From positions 15,001-79,000 of the forward strand of contig JAZDMX010000014.1 of assembly GCA_043800555.1 (NCBI GenBank): DNA of 64,000 nucleotides. Reading direction: 5' to 3'. Under the pieces are notes generated by a model that had not been told where the DNA came from, did no database searches, and worked only from the letters and a program-made list of their open reading frames with translations. This document shows, piece by piece, positions 27,298 to 36,802 of the stretch. This DNA comes from Candidatus Omnitrophota bacterium. Lineage in GTDB: Bacteria > Omnitrophota > Gorgyraeia > Gygaellales > Profunditerraquicolaceae. Every line of letters starts with the position of its first letter. Position 1 is the first letter of the stretch. The translations under genes were made by a program, and so were the position numbers.

Positions 27298-28422
27298 ATG
27301 ATTAATAAAGTTCGCCTTATCAATCTTACCCGTAAGCTTATCCGGATAAATTCCGAAAATCCTCCCGGTAATGAATCGGCTTTGGCTGATTTCGTGCATA
27401 GGTATCTTAAGAAAATGGGCTTAAGGGTGAGGATCTATGAATTTAAGAAAAACCGTTCCAATGTGCTGGCGTATCTGGAAAATCCGGGCAATAAGCGGCA
27501 GATGCTTATCAGCCCGCACCTGGATACGGTTTGCGCCGGAAATAATTGGAAGTTTGACCCTTTTGCGGCCAAGATAGCCGGTGATAAGATTTACGGTTTA
27601 GGCGCAACCGACTGCAAGGGAAACCTGGCGGCTGCCCTGGAAGCGATAAACAGCCTTGTTGAGGATAATAAACGCCTGGATTATGATTTAATCCTTGCGG
27701 CCACCGCGGATGAGGAGTGCGGTTCGGATTTAGGCTTAATTCCTCTTCTGGATAAGGAAATATTGAAGCCCGATGCGGCTTTAGTCCTTGACGCCGATGA
27801 TTTTGAGATTATCATAGCGCAAAAAGGCTTATTGCACCTTAAGGTGAAGATAGAAGGCAAGCGCGCGCATGGCGCGTACCCGCATTTGGGAGTTAACGCT
27901 ATTGATATTGCCTTAGATGCGATAAGAGAGATAAAGAAACATAAATTTTCTTACTCCAGGAATGAATATCTTAAAGCCCCGACCGTTAATACCGGGACCA
28001 TCCGGGGAGGAGACAAGGTCAATATTGTGGCTGACTGGTGCGAATTTGAGTTGGACTTTAGGTTTTTACCCGGGACTAAGCCCGAAAACATATTGGACGC
28101 GCTTAAAGGGATCCTGAAGAAACGCGCCAAAGAATATAAGATAGAGATCGCCAGTATTCAGCAAGCCTACTCAATTTCCGAGAAGCACCCCTTGGTCGGC
28201 TGCCTTAGGAAAGCAATACGCCAGTCCGGGCTAAGCCCCCGCGTTAGCGGTTCGGAGGGAGCGACCGTGATTACGTTTTTCCAGCATAAGAATATTCCGG
28301 CGGTTGCCAGCGGATTTGGTTCTTCCGGTTGCGCGCATATTTCAAACGAATACGCCAAGATCAGCAATCTTTATAAAGGGGCCAAAGTTCTGGAGGCGTT
28401 TTTAGCGAGCTATAAATTTTAA
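27298..28422 (+). CDS. M20 family (ArgE/DapE-like) metallo-deacylase
   Basis: SENPPGNE, HLDTV, YGLGATDCKG, ADEECG, AHG, GG.K.NIV, AH..NE. Confidence 0.9.
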   Translation: MINKVRLINLTRKLIRINSENPPGNESALADFVHRYLKKMGLRVRIYEFKKNRSNVLAYLENPGNKRQMLISPHLDTVCAGNNWKFDPFAAKIAGDKIYGLGATDCKGNLAAALEAINSLVEDNKRLDYDLILAATADEECGSDLGLIPLLDKEILKPDAALVLDADDFEIIIAQKGLLHLKVKIEGKRAHGAYPHLGVNAIDIALDAIREIKKHKFSYSRNEYLKAPTVNTGTIRGGDKVNIVADWCEFELDFRFLPGTKPENILDALKGILKKRAKEYKIEIASIQQAYSISEKHPLVGCLRKAIRQSGLSPRVSGSEGATVITFFQHKNIPAVASGFGSSGCAHISNEYAKISNLYKGAKVLEAFLASYKF

Positions 28423-28453
28423 ACAAAGACAGCCTGCAAAAGGAGTAAAGATT

Positions 28454-29422
28454 ATGGAAGGGGTAAAAATCATCAAAAGGCCGCGTTTAAGAAAACCGCA
28501 TTTGATTGTTGCCTGGCCGGGAATGGGAGAAGTTGCTTTTAGGGCGGTTTCTTACCTGATTGAGAAATTGAACGCCGAGGAATTTGCTTCGTTATATGCC
28601 GAAGACTTCTTTTATTTGGCCGGAAGCGTGGTGAAGAACGGGTTGTTGAGCACTTCAGATTTACCGGAGAGCAAATTTTATTTCTGGAAGAATAAAGGAG
28701 GCAAAAACGACCTTATTGTATTTTTGAGCAATGCCCAGCCGGATCTGGCCAGGGCCGAAGGTTACTCCAAGATTATTGTCCAGGTGGCTAAGAGTTTCAA
28801 AGTGGATAAGGTCATCAGTTTTGCTTCTATGCCGCAAGGCATTGATCACGCCCAGGATCCCGAAGTTTGGTTTGCGGCTACTTCCGAAGAGTTAAGCAGC
28901 AGCCTTAAGAAATTCAACCTTAAGAGTTTAAAAGAAGGCCAGATTAGCGGTATGAACGGGCTTTTCCTGGGTATAGCCAAAAGAGAGGGCCTTGACGGGT
29001 TTTGCCTTTTAGGGGAGATCCCGCTTTACACTATCCAGATTGAAAACCCGAAAGCCTCCGGAGCCGTTTTGGAAACCTTGTATACGGTTACGGGCATCCG
29101 GGTTGATTTATCCGGCTTGTCTGCCCAGGCACAAACTATGGAAGATGAAATCAACAAGCTGTTGGACTACCTTAAGCTTGGGCCGGCGGCTAGCGGCCCG
29201 ATTGAAGAAGAAGATATAGAAAAAATCAAGAAAACCTTGAATCAACTCACTAAGCTTCCTGTTTCGGTCAAGGAGAGAATCGAGCAGTTTTTTGCTCAGG
29301 CAAAAACCGATATATCCAAAGCGCGCGAACTTAAAGTCGAGCTGGATAAATGGAACGTTTACAAGGAATACGAAGACAGGTTCCTGGACTTGTTTAAGAA
29401 GACCGGTGAAAAGAACAACTAA
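28454..29422 (+). CDS. PAC2 (proteasome assembly chaperone-like) family protein
   Basis: IVAWPGMGEVA, AQP, ISGMNGL.LG, CLLGE.P, NPKAS. Confidence 0.8.
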   Translation: MEGVKIIKRPRLRKPHLIVAWPGMGEVAFRAVSYLIEKLNAEEFASLYAEDFFYLAGSVVKNGLLSTSDLPESKFYFWKNKGGKNDLIVFLSNAQPDLARAEGYSKIIVQVAKSFKVDKVISFASMPQGIDHAQDPEVWFAATSEELSSSLKKFNLKSLKEGQISGMNGLFLGIAKREGLDGFCLLGEIPLYTIQIENPKASGAVLETLYTVTGIRVDLSGLSAQAQTMEDEINKLLDYLKLGPAASGPIEEEDIEKIKKTLNQLTKLPVSVKERIEQFFAQAKTDISKARELKVELDKWNVYKEYEDRFLDLFKKTGEKNN

Positions 29423-30416
29423 GATATTACTCGGGCATGGAAGCGGCGGAAGGTTAACCCATAATTTTGTTAACCGGGAAATCCTGAAGAAGTTGAAGAA
29501 CCCTATTCTGGAGGAACTGGCTGATGGGGCGGTTATAGACTACAAGGAGAAAACCGCTTTTACCACGGATTCTTTTGTGGTTAGCCCGTTATTTTTCCCC
29601 GGAGGCGATATCGGCAAGCTTTCGGTATCCGGCACGGTTAATGACTTGGTTATGCTGGGGGCTGTCCCGGAGTATCTCTCTTTGGCTTTAATTATAGAGG
29701 AGGGGTTAGAGCAAAAAATCCTTGAAAGGATAATTGATTCCATATCCTTGCAGGCCAAAGCCGCAGGAGTTAAGGTTGTTACCGGAGACACGAAAGTAGT
29801 GGAAAGGCTGGCCGCGGATAAATTATTCATTAATACTTCGGGCCTGGGCAGGTTAGTTTCGCCCAGAAGGCTATCGCTGAAGAATATTTCGCCCGGAGAC
29901 AAAATTATCGTTACCGGAGGAATCGGCGAACATGGCTTAAGCGTGCTTGCCAAAAGAAAAGAATTAAACTTGGGCCTTAACATTAAAAGCGATTGCGCAA
30001 GCCTGAATGGTTTGATTATCCCGCTTTTAAAGGTTACCAGGGGCATAAAATTTATGCGCGATCCGACGCGCGGAGGAGTAGCGACGACCTTGAATGAAAT
30101 TGCCGAAGGCTCGGGTTTGGGGATAGTTATTGAAGAGAAGGATGTCCCGGTGTCTTCCAAAATCAGGGTTGCTTCGGAATTACTGGGTATAGACCCGTTT
30201 TACGTTGCTAATGAAGGAAAGGCGCTGCTCGCCGTAGAGCCTAAAGAAGCGCCAAGGATTGCAGGCCTTTTAAGGAGGCATCCCTTAGGCCGCAACGCCA
30301 AGATTATCGGAACGGTTGTCAAAGAGCCTTCGGGGATGGTTGTCTTGCGCACTCTTTTTAATACCGAACGCGTCCTGGATATGTTAGTTTCCGATCCATT
30401 GCCGAGGATATGTTAA
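29406..30416 (+). CDS. hypE: Hydrogenase maturation protein HypE
   Basis: ILLGHGSGG, FTTDSFVV.PLFFPGGDIG, MRDPTRGG, ANEG, C-terminal PRIC; GTG start at 29406 overlapping the upstream gene. Confidence 0.97.
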   Translation: MKRTTKILLGHGSGGRLTHNFVNREILKKLKNPILEELADGAVIDYKEKTAFTTDSFVVSPLFFPGGDIGKLSVSGTVNDLVMLGAVPEYLSLALIIEEGLEQKILERIIDSISLQAKAAGVKVVTGDTKVVERLAADKLFINTSGLGRLVSPRRLSLKNISPGDKIIVTGGIGEHGLSVLAKRKELNLGLNIKSDCASLNGLIIPLLKVTRGIKFMRDPTRGGVATTLNEIAEGSGLGIVIEEKDVPVSSKIRVASELLGIDPFYVANEGKALLAVEPKEAPRIAGLLRRHPLGRNAKIIGTVVKEPSGMVVLRTLFNTERVLDMLVSDPLPRIC

Positions 30417-30568
30417 TTATTAAAAGCCGCTAAGCGGTTGCCTTAGAGGCAGATAACAGGCAGCAATTATTAGTTGTAAAATCTGCCTACTAACTATTCC
30501 CCGGCGCCTTAATAATGTTTAAGGGTATTGTTTTTTAGCATAATGCCGGATAAGAAAGAAGGTGAGAG

Positions 30569-31306
30569 GTGAAATCATCAAGATACATGAGGCGTTTTTA
30601 CCGTGACTGGGCCCGGGCCAAGGGCCTTTATTCTTTGCACCTGGCAGCAAAAGAAACCGACCTGCAGATTTTTACCGATAAGCCCGTAAAGGCGGAATTC
30701 ATCGAAGAAAGAATCCGGGCTTATCGTTGGGAAATAGAAAATTATATAAATAAGGACCATCGGTTCCTGACTTCTTTAAAGCCGATTCCGGTTGAGCTTA
30801 ATGCCGCTCCTATTGTAAAGGATATGGCAAGCCAGGCCGGCAAGGCGAATGTCGGGCCAATGAGCACGGTTGCCGGGGCAATAGCTGAATTCCTGGGGAA
30901 AGACCTTCTTGGCGCCGGGTATAAGGAAGTGATAGTCGAGAATGGCGGGGATATTTTCCTGAAATCGCGTAAAATCCGCAAGATTGGGGTATATGTGGGG
31001 CGCTCCAAGATGTGGAATAAATTGCAGCTGGAGATAAAGCCGAAAGATACCCCGTTAGGGATATGCACTTCTTCGGGCACAATGGGCCATTCTTTAAGCT
31101 TTGGCTGCGCAGATAGCGTGGTAATTATTTCCAAAAGCGCAAGCCTGGCGGATAGCGTAGCTACCGCAACAGCCAATCGTATTAATTCAAAAGAAGACCT
31201 GCAGCGGGCCCTTGATTTTGCCCGTTCCGTTAAAGGCGTTTCAGGCGTAGTTATTATTTTAAAGAATAATTTGATTACCTGGGGAAAGGTGGAATTTGTT
31301 CGTTGA
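30569..31306 (+). CDS. UPF0280 / ApbE-like protein
   Basis: ETDL, F..SL.P, VGPM..VAGAIA, VENGGDI, CTSSGT.GHSLSFG.AD. Confidence 0.9.
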   Translation: MKSSRYMRRFYRDWARAKGLYSLHLAAKETDLQIFTDKPVKAEFIEERIRAYRWEIENYINKDHRFLTSLKPIPVELNAAPIVKDMASQAGKANVGPMSTVAGAIAEFLGKDLLGAGYKEVIVENGGDIFLKSRKIRKIGVYVGRSKMWNKLQLEIKPKDTPLGICTSSGTMGHSLSFGCADSVVIISKSASLADSVATATANRINSKEDLQRALDFARSVKGVSGVVIILKNNLITWGKVEFVR

Positions 31307-31312
31307 AATTTC

Positions 31313-31453
31313 TTGACAATCACAGCGGATTGTGATAAAAAATCATTATAAATACAATATTTAGCGTAATTTATTTAGGAGGCGTTAAGCTTAAATTGGA
31401 AAAATAGGCGTAAGCAAGAAAGGCTCTTTCAGGGAACAAAGGGCCTTTTTTTG
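31313..31453 (+). promoter_or_regulatory. Putative promoter with palindromic operator and terminator-like leader hairpin
   Basis: TTGACA at 31313; atcaca-N6-tgtgat in the spacer; hairpin aaaggctcttt/aaagggccttt plus T-run at 31415-31453. Confidence 0.45.
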
Positions 31454-31463
31454 TAATACAAAT

Positions 31464-32453
31464 ATGAAAACAGTCGGATTAACCTACGATTTGAAAACAG
31501 ATTATGAATTTAAGGATGGCGATCCTCTGGATGCCAACGCCGAATTCGACCATCCTTCGACTATTGATGTCATTGCCGAGGCAATTGAGTCAAATGGTTT
31601 TAAGGTAAACAGGATAGGAAACGCCGGAAACCTCCTGGAAAAATTATCTTCTTTAAAAGCGGACATTGTTTTTAATATTTCCGAAGGAGTGACCGGGAGG
31701 AACCGTGAATCCCAGGTGCCGATATTGCTTGAGATGGCCGGAATCCCTTTTGTCGGTTCCGACGCCTTGACCCTGGGGCTTACCCTGGATAAGGTGGTAG
31801 CCAAAAAGATTTTTATCGCCGATAAGATACCTACCCCGAAATTCATCGAAGCAGGTTCAGCCGATGAATTAGCGGACACCAATCATTATAAGTTTCCTCT
31901 AATCGTAAAGCCGCGCTTTGAAGGCTCTTCCAAGGGTTTAAGCGAAAGTTCCCGCGTAGAGAATAAAGACGATTTGCTTAAGCAGGTGGAATATATTGTT
32001 AATACCTATAAACAACCGGCTTTGGTCGAAGAATTCATATCCGGGCAGGAATTTACCGTGGCCTTGGTGGGAAACGACCCCGTGGAAGTCCTGCCGGTCG
32101 TTCAAATCAAAATCGACGGAAAACTAAAATTAAACGATAAGTTCTATACTTTCGCCCGGATCACCTCCGACAGGTTAGAGTATATTTGCCCGGCGAAAAT
32201 CCCGCAAGAATTAAAGAAAAAAATAGACGAACTGGCCTTAAGGACTTATAGGGCTGTAGATTGCTGCGATTTTGGCCGCGTGGATTTTCGCGTAGATAGC
32301 GAAGGCAAGCCTTATGTATTGGAAATCAATCCTTTGCCGTCTCTTTCTACGGAAGATGTCTTTAAGCTTTTGGCCGAGAATACAGGGATCACTTACGAAC
32401 AGATGATCGGCAAAATTTTAAACAGCGCGATTAAAAGGCATAATATAAATTAG
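31464..32453 (+). CDS. D-Ala-D-Ala-ligase-like ATP-grasp protein 1
   Basis: FNISEG..GRNRESQVP, GSD.LTL, IVKP.FEGSSKG, EEFISG.EFTV, RVDFR, LEINPLP. Confidence 0.9.
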   Translation: MKTVGLTYDLKTDYEFKDGDPLDANAEFDHPSTIDVIAEAIESNGFKVNRIGNAGNLLEKLSSLKADIVFNISEGVTGRNRESQVPILLEMAGIPFVGSDALTLGLTLDKVVAKKIFIADKIPTPKFIEAGSADELADTNHYKFPLIVKPRFEGSSKGLSESSRVENKDDLLKQVEYIVNTYKQPALVEEFISGQEFTVALVGNDPVEVLPVVQIKIDGKLKLNDKFYTFARITSDRLEYICPAKIPQELKKKIDELALRTYRAVDCCDFGRVDFRVDSEGKPYVLEINPLPSLSTEDVFKLLAENTGITYEQMIGKILNSAIKRHNIN

Positions 32454-32479
32454 CGGATAAAGGCGTTCGTAAGGATAGC

Positions 32480-33481
32480 ATGAAAATAGCTTTAACTTAT
32501 AACCTAAAAAAGAAAGACGCGACAAAACCGGAGGATTATTTCTCGGAGTGCGACAGCGAAGAGACCGTTGACGCCATTGCCGGAGCTATCCGGAGAAAAG
32601 GCCATAACGTCGAGGCGATAGACGTGGAATACCCCAAACTTTTTTCATATTTCAAGGAAAATTCCGTGGATATGGTTTTTAATATTGCCGAAGGCAAATC
32701 CGGTAAATTCCGCGAGTCAGAGGTTCCGGCAATATTGGACTATTTAAATATCCCCTATACGGGTTCGGATACATTTTCGCTGGCCTTAGCCTTAAATAAG
32801 GCCCTTACGAAGAAGATCCTAAAAGCCGAAAATATCCCCACGCCGAATTTCCAAGTTTTCTTTAAAGGCACGGAAGAATTGGACCCGGAGTTAAAATTCC
32901 CCTTAATCGTAAAACCGAATTGTGAAGGTTCGGCTAAAGGCATAAGCAGGGCCAATGTGGTCTGTAACGCGCCGGATTTATTTAAGAGGGTGAAAGAAAC
33001 GCTTGATATATACAAACAGGAAGCGCTTGTGGAAGAATTTATTGAGGGCAAAGAGCTTACCGTCGGAATATTGGAAAACGGGAAGACCCGCGTCCTGCCG
33101 ATTTTAGAAATTGATTTCTCCAGCTGCATCAATAGCGGAGAATATTTTTATTCCTGGAAGATGAAGGAATACCAGGGCAATGAAGCATTGGGGTTGGTGC
33201 CGAGTTTCCACTGCCCGGCGCGCCTTGACCCGGAAACCGAAAAGGCAGTCAAAGAGGCAGCGCTTAGGACCCACCGCGCGGTAGGCTGCCTGGATATCTC
33301 GCGCACCGACATACGCCTGGATAAATTTAATGTGCCTTATGTTTTGGAGATCAACCCTTTGCCGGGGCTAGACCCTAAAGAATCTAATTTCCCGATTATG
33401 GCGTATGCCGCGGGAATGCAATACGAAGATCTTATTGAGGCAATAATCCTAAGCGCCTCGGAAAGGAAAGGATTAAATTGA
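32480..33481 (+). CDS. D-Ala-D-Ala-ligase-like ATP-grasp protein 2
   Basis: FNIAEG, RESEVP, YTGSD, IVKPNCEGSAKG, EEFIEGKELTV, RTDIR, LEINPLPGL. Confidence 0.9.
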   Translation: MKIALTYNLKKKDATKPEDYFSECDSEETVDAIAGAIRRKGHNVEAIDVEYPKLFSYFKENSVDMVFNIAEGKSGKFRESEVPAILDYLNIPYTGSDTFSLALALNKALTKKILKAENIPTPNFQVFFKGTEELDPELKFPLIVKPNCEGSAKGISRANVVCNAPDLFKRVKETLDIYKQEALVEEFIEGKELTVGILENGKTRVLPILEIDFSSCINSGEYFYSWKMKEYQGNEALGLVPSFHCPARLDPETEKAVKEAALRTHRAVGCLDISRTDIRLDKFNVPYVLEINPLPGLDPKESNFPIMAYAAGMQYEDLIEAIILSASERKGLN

Positions 33482-34665
33482 GCAGCGTCCAGGCAATTGA
33501 AAATCAAAAATTGCAGCAGGAAAACGCTACTGTTGTTAAGCCGGCCAGGCGCCCGCGGGATTACCAGCAGATAAGTATCTATAAAGATGTCAACCCTTTG
33601 GACTGGGAAGACTGGCAGTGGCAGATAAAAAACAGGATTTGCACAAAAGACATCCTTTCACAAATCATTAATTTAACTGCCGACGAGGAAAAGGGCATAG
33701 ATAAAGCTAAAGGCAGGTTATCCATGGCCGTAACTCCTTATTGGGGTTCGCTTCTTGACCCTGATGACGCAAATTGCCCGATCCGGCGCCAGGCTGTCCC
33801 GGTGGTCCAGGAGTCAATTGTTACTCCGCATGAAATGACTGACCCTTGCGCAGAAGACAGGGATTCTCCCGCTCCGCATTTAGTGCACCGTTATCCGGAC
33901 AGGGTTTTATTATTGGCGACCGACCACTGCGCTATGTATTGCCGCCATTGCACGCGCAGGCGGCTGGTCGGAGACCATGAGGCAAAAGACTCGACAAGCG
34001 CCTCCAGGTTCGACGCAGCCATCGAATACATAAAAGCCAACCGTAAGATCAGGGACGTGCTGATATCCGGAGGAGACCCGTTAATCCTGGAAGACGGAGA
34101 ACTAGAAAGCCTGCTTCAGAAAATCCGGGCCATATCGCACGTGGAATTCTTAAGGATCGGCACGCGCATACCGGTTACGCTTCCCCAGCGCATTACGGAG
34201 AATTTGGTGAATATGCTGAAAAAATATTCTCCGGTCTGGATGAGCATACATTTTAATCATCCGAAAGAAATCACCAAGCGCTGCAAGATAGCTTGCGATA
34301 TGCTGTCGGAATCCGGGGTCCCTTTAGGGAGCCAGACCGTCCTTTTAAAAGGCGTTAATGACCGGCCTTTCATTATGAAAAAGCTGGTCCATGAATTATT
34401 GCAGATAAGGGTTAGGCCTTATTATATTTACCAGTGCGATCCGGTCCGCGGCACGCAGCATTTCAGGACTCCCGTAGCCACCGGGATCAATATTATGGAA
34501 AAGTTGCGCGGGCATACTTCCGGATACGCTGTCCCTACTTATGTCATAGACGGCCCCGGCGGCGGCGGCAAGATCCCCGTTGGGCCGAATTATATTCTTT
34601 CACAGGCCAAAGGGAAATACGTCTTGCGTAACTATACGGGCAAGATCTACACCTACCTAGAATAG
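33478..34665 (+). CDS. kamA: Lysine 2,3-aminomutase family radical SAM enzyme
   Basis: W.DWQWQ, HRYPDRVLL, CAMYCRHCTRRR, SGGDPL, PYYIYQCD, PTYVIDGPGGGGKIP. Confidence 0.93.
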   Translation: MSSVQAIENQKLQQENATVVKPARRPRDYQQISIYKDVNPLDWEDWQWQIKNRICTKDILSQIINLTADEEKGIDKAKGRLSMAVTPYWGSLLDPDDANCPIRRQAVPVVQESIVTPHEMTDPCAEDRDSPAPHLVHRYPDRVLLLATDHCAMYCRHCTRRRLVGDHEAKDSTSASRFDAAIEYIKANRKIRDVLISGGDPLILEDGELESLLQKIRAISHVEFLRIGTRIPVTLPQRITENLVNMLKKYSPVWMSIHFNHPKEITKRCKIACDMLSESGVPLGSQTVLLKGVNDRPFIMKKLVHELLQIRVRPYYIYQCDPVRGTQHFRTPVATGINIMEKLRGHTSGYAVPTYVIDGPGGGGKIPVGPNYILSQAKGKYVLRNYTGKIYTYLE

Positions 34666-34764
34666 GGTATATACGCCTAGGCGCACGCAAGGCATAAATA
34701 GCCTTCGATAATTTCTCTTTGCCTCCACCTTGGCCGTTATTTTCTTAGCTGGGGAATTAACGCT

Positions 34765-36720
34765 ATGGATGCTAAGAATAAGCGCAATTTTATCCTCTTA
34801 GGCCATGCCCAGTCAGGCAAAACCAGCCTTGCCGAAAGCATACTTTATTTTTCTAAGGCCACTACCCGTAAAGGCAGCATAGAGGGCGGTTCAACCGTCA
34901 GCGACTATGGCTTTGACGAGATTGAGAAAAAACATTCTATAAATCTAAGCTTGCTCTTTTGTGATTATAAGGGGTTCCGTTTTCAGTTCATTGACACTCC
35001 CGGTTACGCGGATTTCTTAGGCGAAGTTATCTCCGGGGCGCGTTCCGTAGACAGCGCGATTATCATAGTGGATGCCGTAAGCGGGCCGCAGGCAGGGACG
35101 CAGCGTGCCTGGGATATATGCGAGCAAGCCGGTATCCCGTGCATGATTTTTATCAATAAGATGGATAAGGAAGGCGCCGGCTTAAATAAGGCGTTAGCGG
35201 ATTTAAAATCCGCTTTTTCCAGAAACTGCGTTATAATCCAATCTTTGGAAGATTCGCTTCTGGTGGAGGCGATTGTTGAAACCGACGACAGCCTGCTGGA
35301 GAAATACCTTTCGGCTTTACAGCTTTCTATGGAGGAGATTGAAAACGGATTGACTAGCGCCGTGAATAAGCGCAAGATTTTTCCGGTTTTCTCGGGTTCG
35401 GCGCTTGCCGATAAAGGGCTTTCGGATTTATTGGATGGCATCCTGCGGTATCTGCCCAGCCCTTTGGATAGAAACCCCGTAAAGGCATTTGATCCTCTGA
35501 GGCCGGAGCAAGCCAAAGAGGTGATTTTAAAAGAGGAGGCGCCTTTCTCGGCCCTTGTTTTTAAAAACATCTCGGATCCTTTCGTGGGCCAGCTCACTTT
35601 GTTGCGCGTTTTCTCCGGTAAGCTTTTAAGCAATAGCGGTTTCTATAACGTTAGCCGGAAACTAAAAGAGAGGATCGGCCCTATTTATATTTTGCAGGGT
35701 AAAGAGCAGCGTTTAATTGAGGCTGCCGGCTGCGGCGACATTGTCGCTATCGCCAAATTGAAGGATACGGGGGTTTCAGATTCTCTTTCCGGGGATAAAG
35801 AGCAATTTTTATTTGAGCCTCTTGTCTTTCCGCCAGAAGCGATATCCGCTTCGGTCAAGCCTAAATCCCGCGAAGATGAAGAAAAGATTTCCGATGCCCT
35901 GCATAAGCTTGCGGCGGAAGACCATACCTTCAGGGTGAGGCATGACCCTCAAACCAGGGAATTGATTATTTCTGGCCTGGGCGACTTGCATTTATCGGTT
36001 ATGGTCGCCCGCATGAGAAAAAGGTTTAATGTTGCGGTTGAATTAGGAACGCCCAAAGTTTCTTATCAAGAGACTATTACTAAGAGCGTTAAGGCCCAGG
36101 GTAAATTTAAGCGTCAGTCCGGCGGCCGCGGCCAATACGGCGACTGTTGGATTGAAGTTTGCCCTTTGGAGAGAGGGAAGGGCCTGGAATTTGTTGACAA
36201 AATATTTGGAGGCGCTATCCCGCGCAACTTTATTCCTTCTGTTGAGAAAGGGGTGCGCCAGGCAGCCGCGGAAGGCGCGGTCGCGGGGTTCCCGGTTGAA
36301 GATATCCGGGTGAGTTTGGTTGACGGCTCCTACCATGAAGTCGACTCTTCAGATATGGCTTTTCAGATTGCCGGAGCTATGGCCTTACGCAAGGCTGTTA
36401 TGGGGGCCGGCCCTGTTTTATTAGAGCCGTTAATGGACGCGGAGATCAGTATTCCGGAAGATTGCCTGGGGGTTATTTCCGGGGACATTAATTCCCGCCG
36501 CGGCAGGGTAATAGGAATGGAGATAAAGGGTAAACAACAAATCGTAAAGGCCCAGGTCCCGCTAGCGGAAATGTTGAAATACGCCAATGACCTGCGTTCG
36601 ATAACCGGAGGCCGCGGGACATATACGATGCGATTCTCGCATTATGAAGAGGCGCCGCATAAAGTTGCCTCCCCGGTTATTGCCCAGTATCAAGACTCGA
36701 AAAAACAGGAAGAACAGTAG
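34765..36720 (+). CDS. fusA: Elongation factor G paralogue (EF-G2-like)
   Basis: GHAQSGKTS, DTPGYADF, NKMD, GLGDLHL, KRQSGGRGQYG, DGSYHEVDSS; outside the str operon. Confidence 0.9.
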   Translation: MDAKNKRNFILLGHAQSGKTSLAESILYFSKATTRKGSIEGGSTVSDYGFDEIEKKHSINLSLLFCDYKGFRFQFIDTPGYADFLGEVISGARSVDSAIIIVDAVSGPQAGTQRAWDICEQAGIPCMIFINKMDKEGAGLNKALADLKSAFSRNCVIIQSLEDSLLVEAIVETDDSLLEKYLSALQLSMEEIENGLTSAVNKRKIFPVFSGSALADKGLSDLLDGILRYLPSPLDRNPVKAFDPLRPEQAKEVILKEEAPFSALVFKNISDPFVGQLTLLRVFSGKLLSNSGFYNVSRKLKERIGPIYILQGKEQRLIEAAGCGDIVAIAKLKDTGVSDSLSGDKEQFLFEPLVFPPEAISASVKPKSREDEEKISDALHKLAAEDHTFRVRHDPQTRELIISGLGDLHLSVMVARMRKRFNVAVELGTPKVSYQETITKSVKAQGKFKRQSGGRGQYGDCWIEVCPLERGKGLEFVDKIFGGAIPRNFIPSVEKGVRQAAAEGAVAGFPVEDIRVSLVDGSYHEVDSSDMAFQIAGAMALRKAVMGAGPVLLEPLMDAEISIPEDCLGVISGDINSRRGRVIGMEIKGKQQIVKAQVPLAEMLKYANDLRSITGGRGTYTMRFSHYEEAPHKVASPVIAQYQDSKKQEEQ

Positions 36721-36802
36721 GCTTTCGATAAAGAATGTAGCGGGCGTTTGGGATTTCGCTGCCATATCAAGAGAAGTGCCTCTGTAAGATGAAAAGGACA
36801 AA

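Noticed and set aside
33478-34665. EpmB (EF-P beta-lysylation) assignment
   Set aside because: Sequence has the KamA-type W.DW.WQ N-terminus and PGGGGK motif; no efp or epmA nearby.
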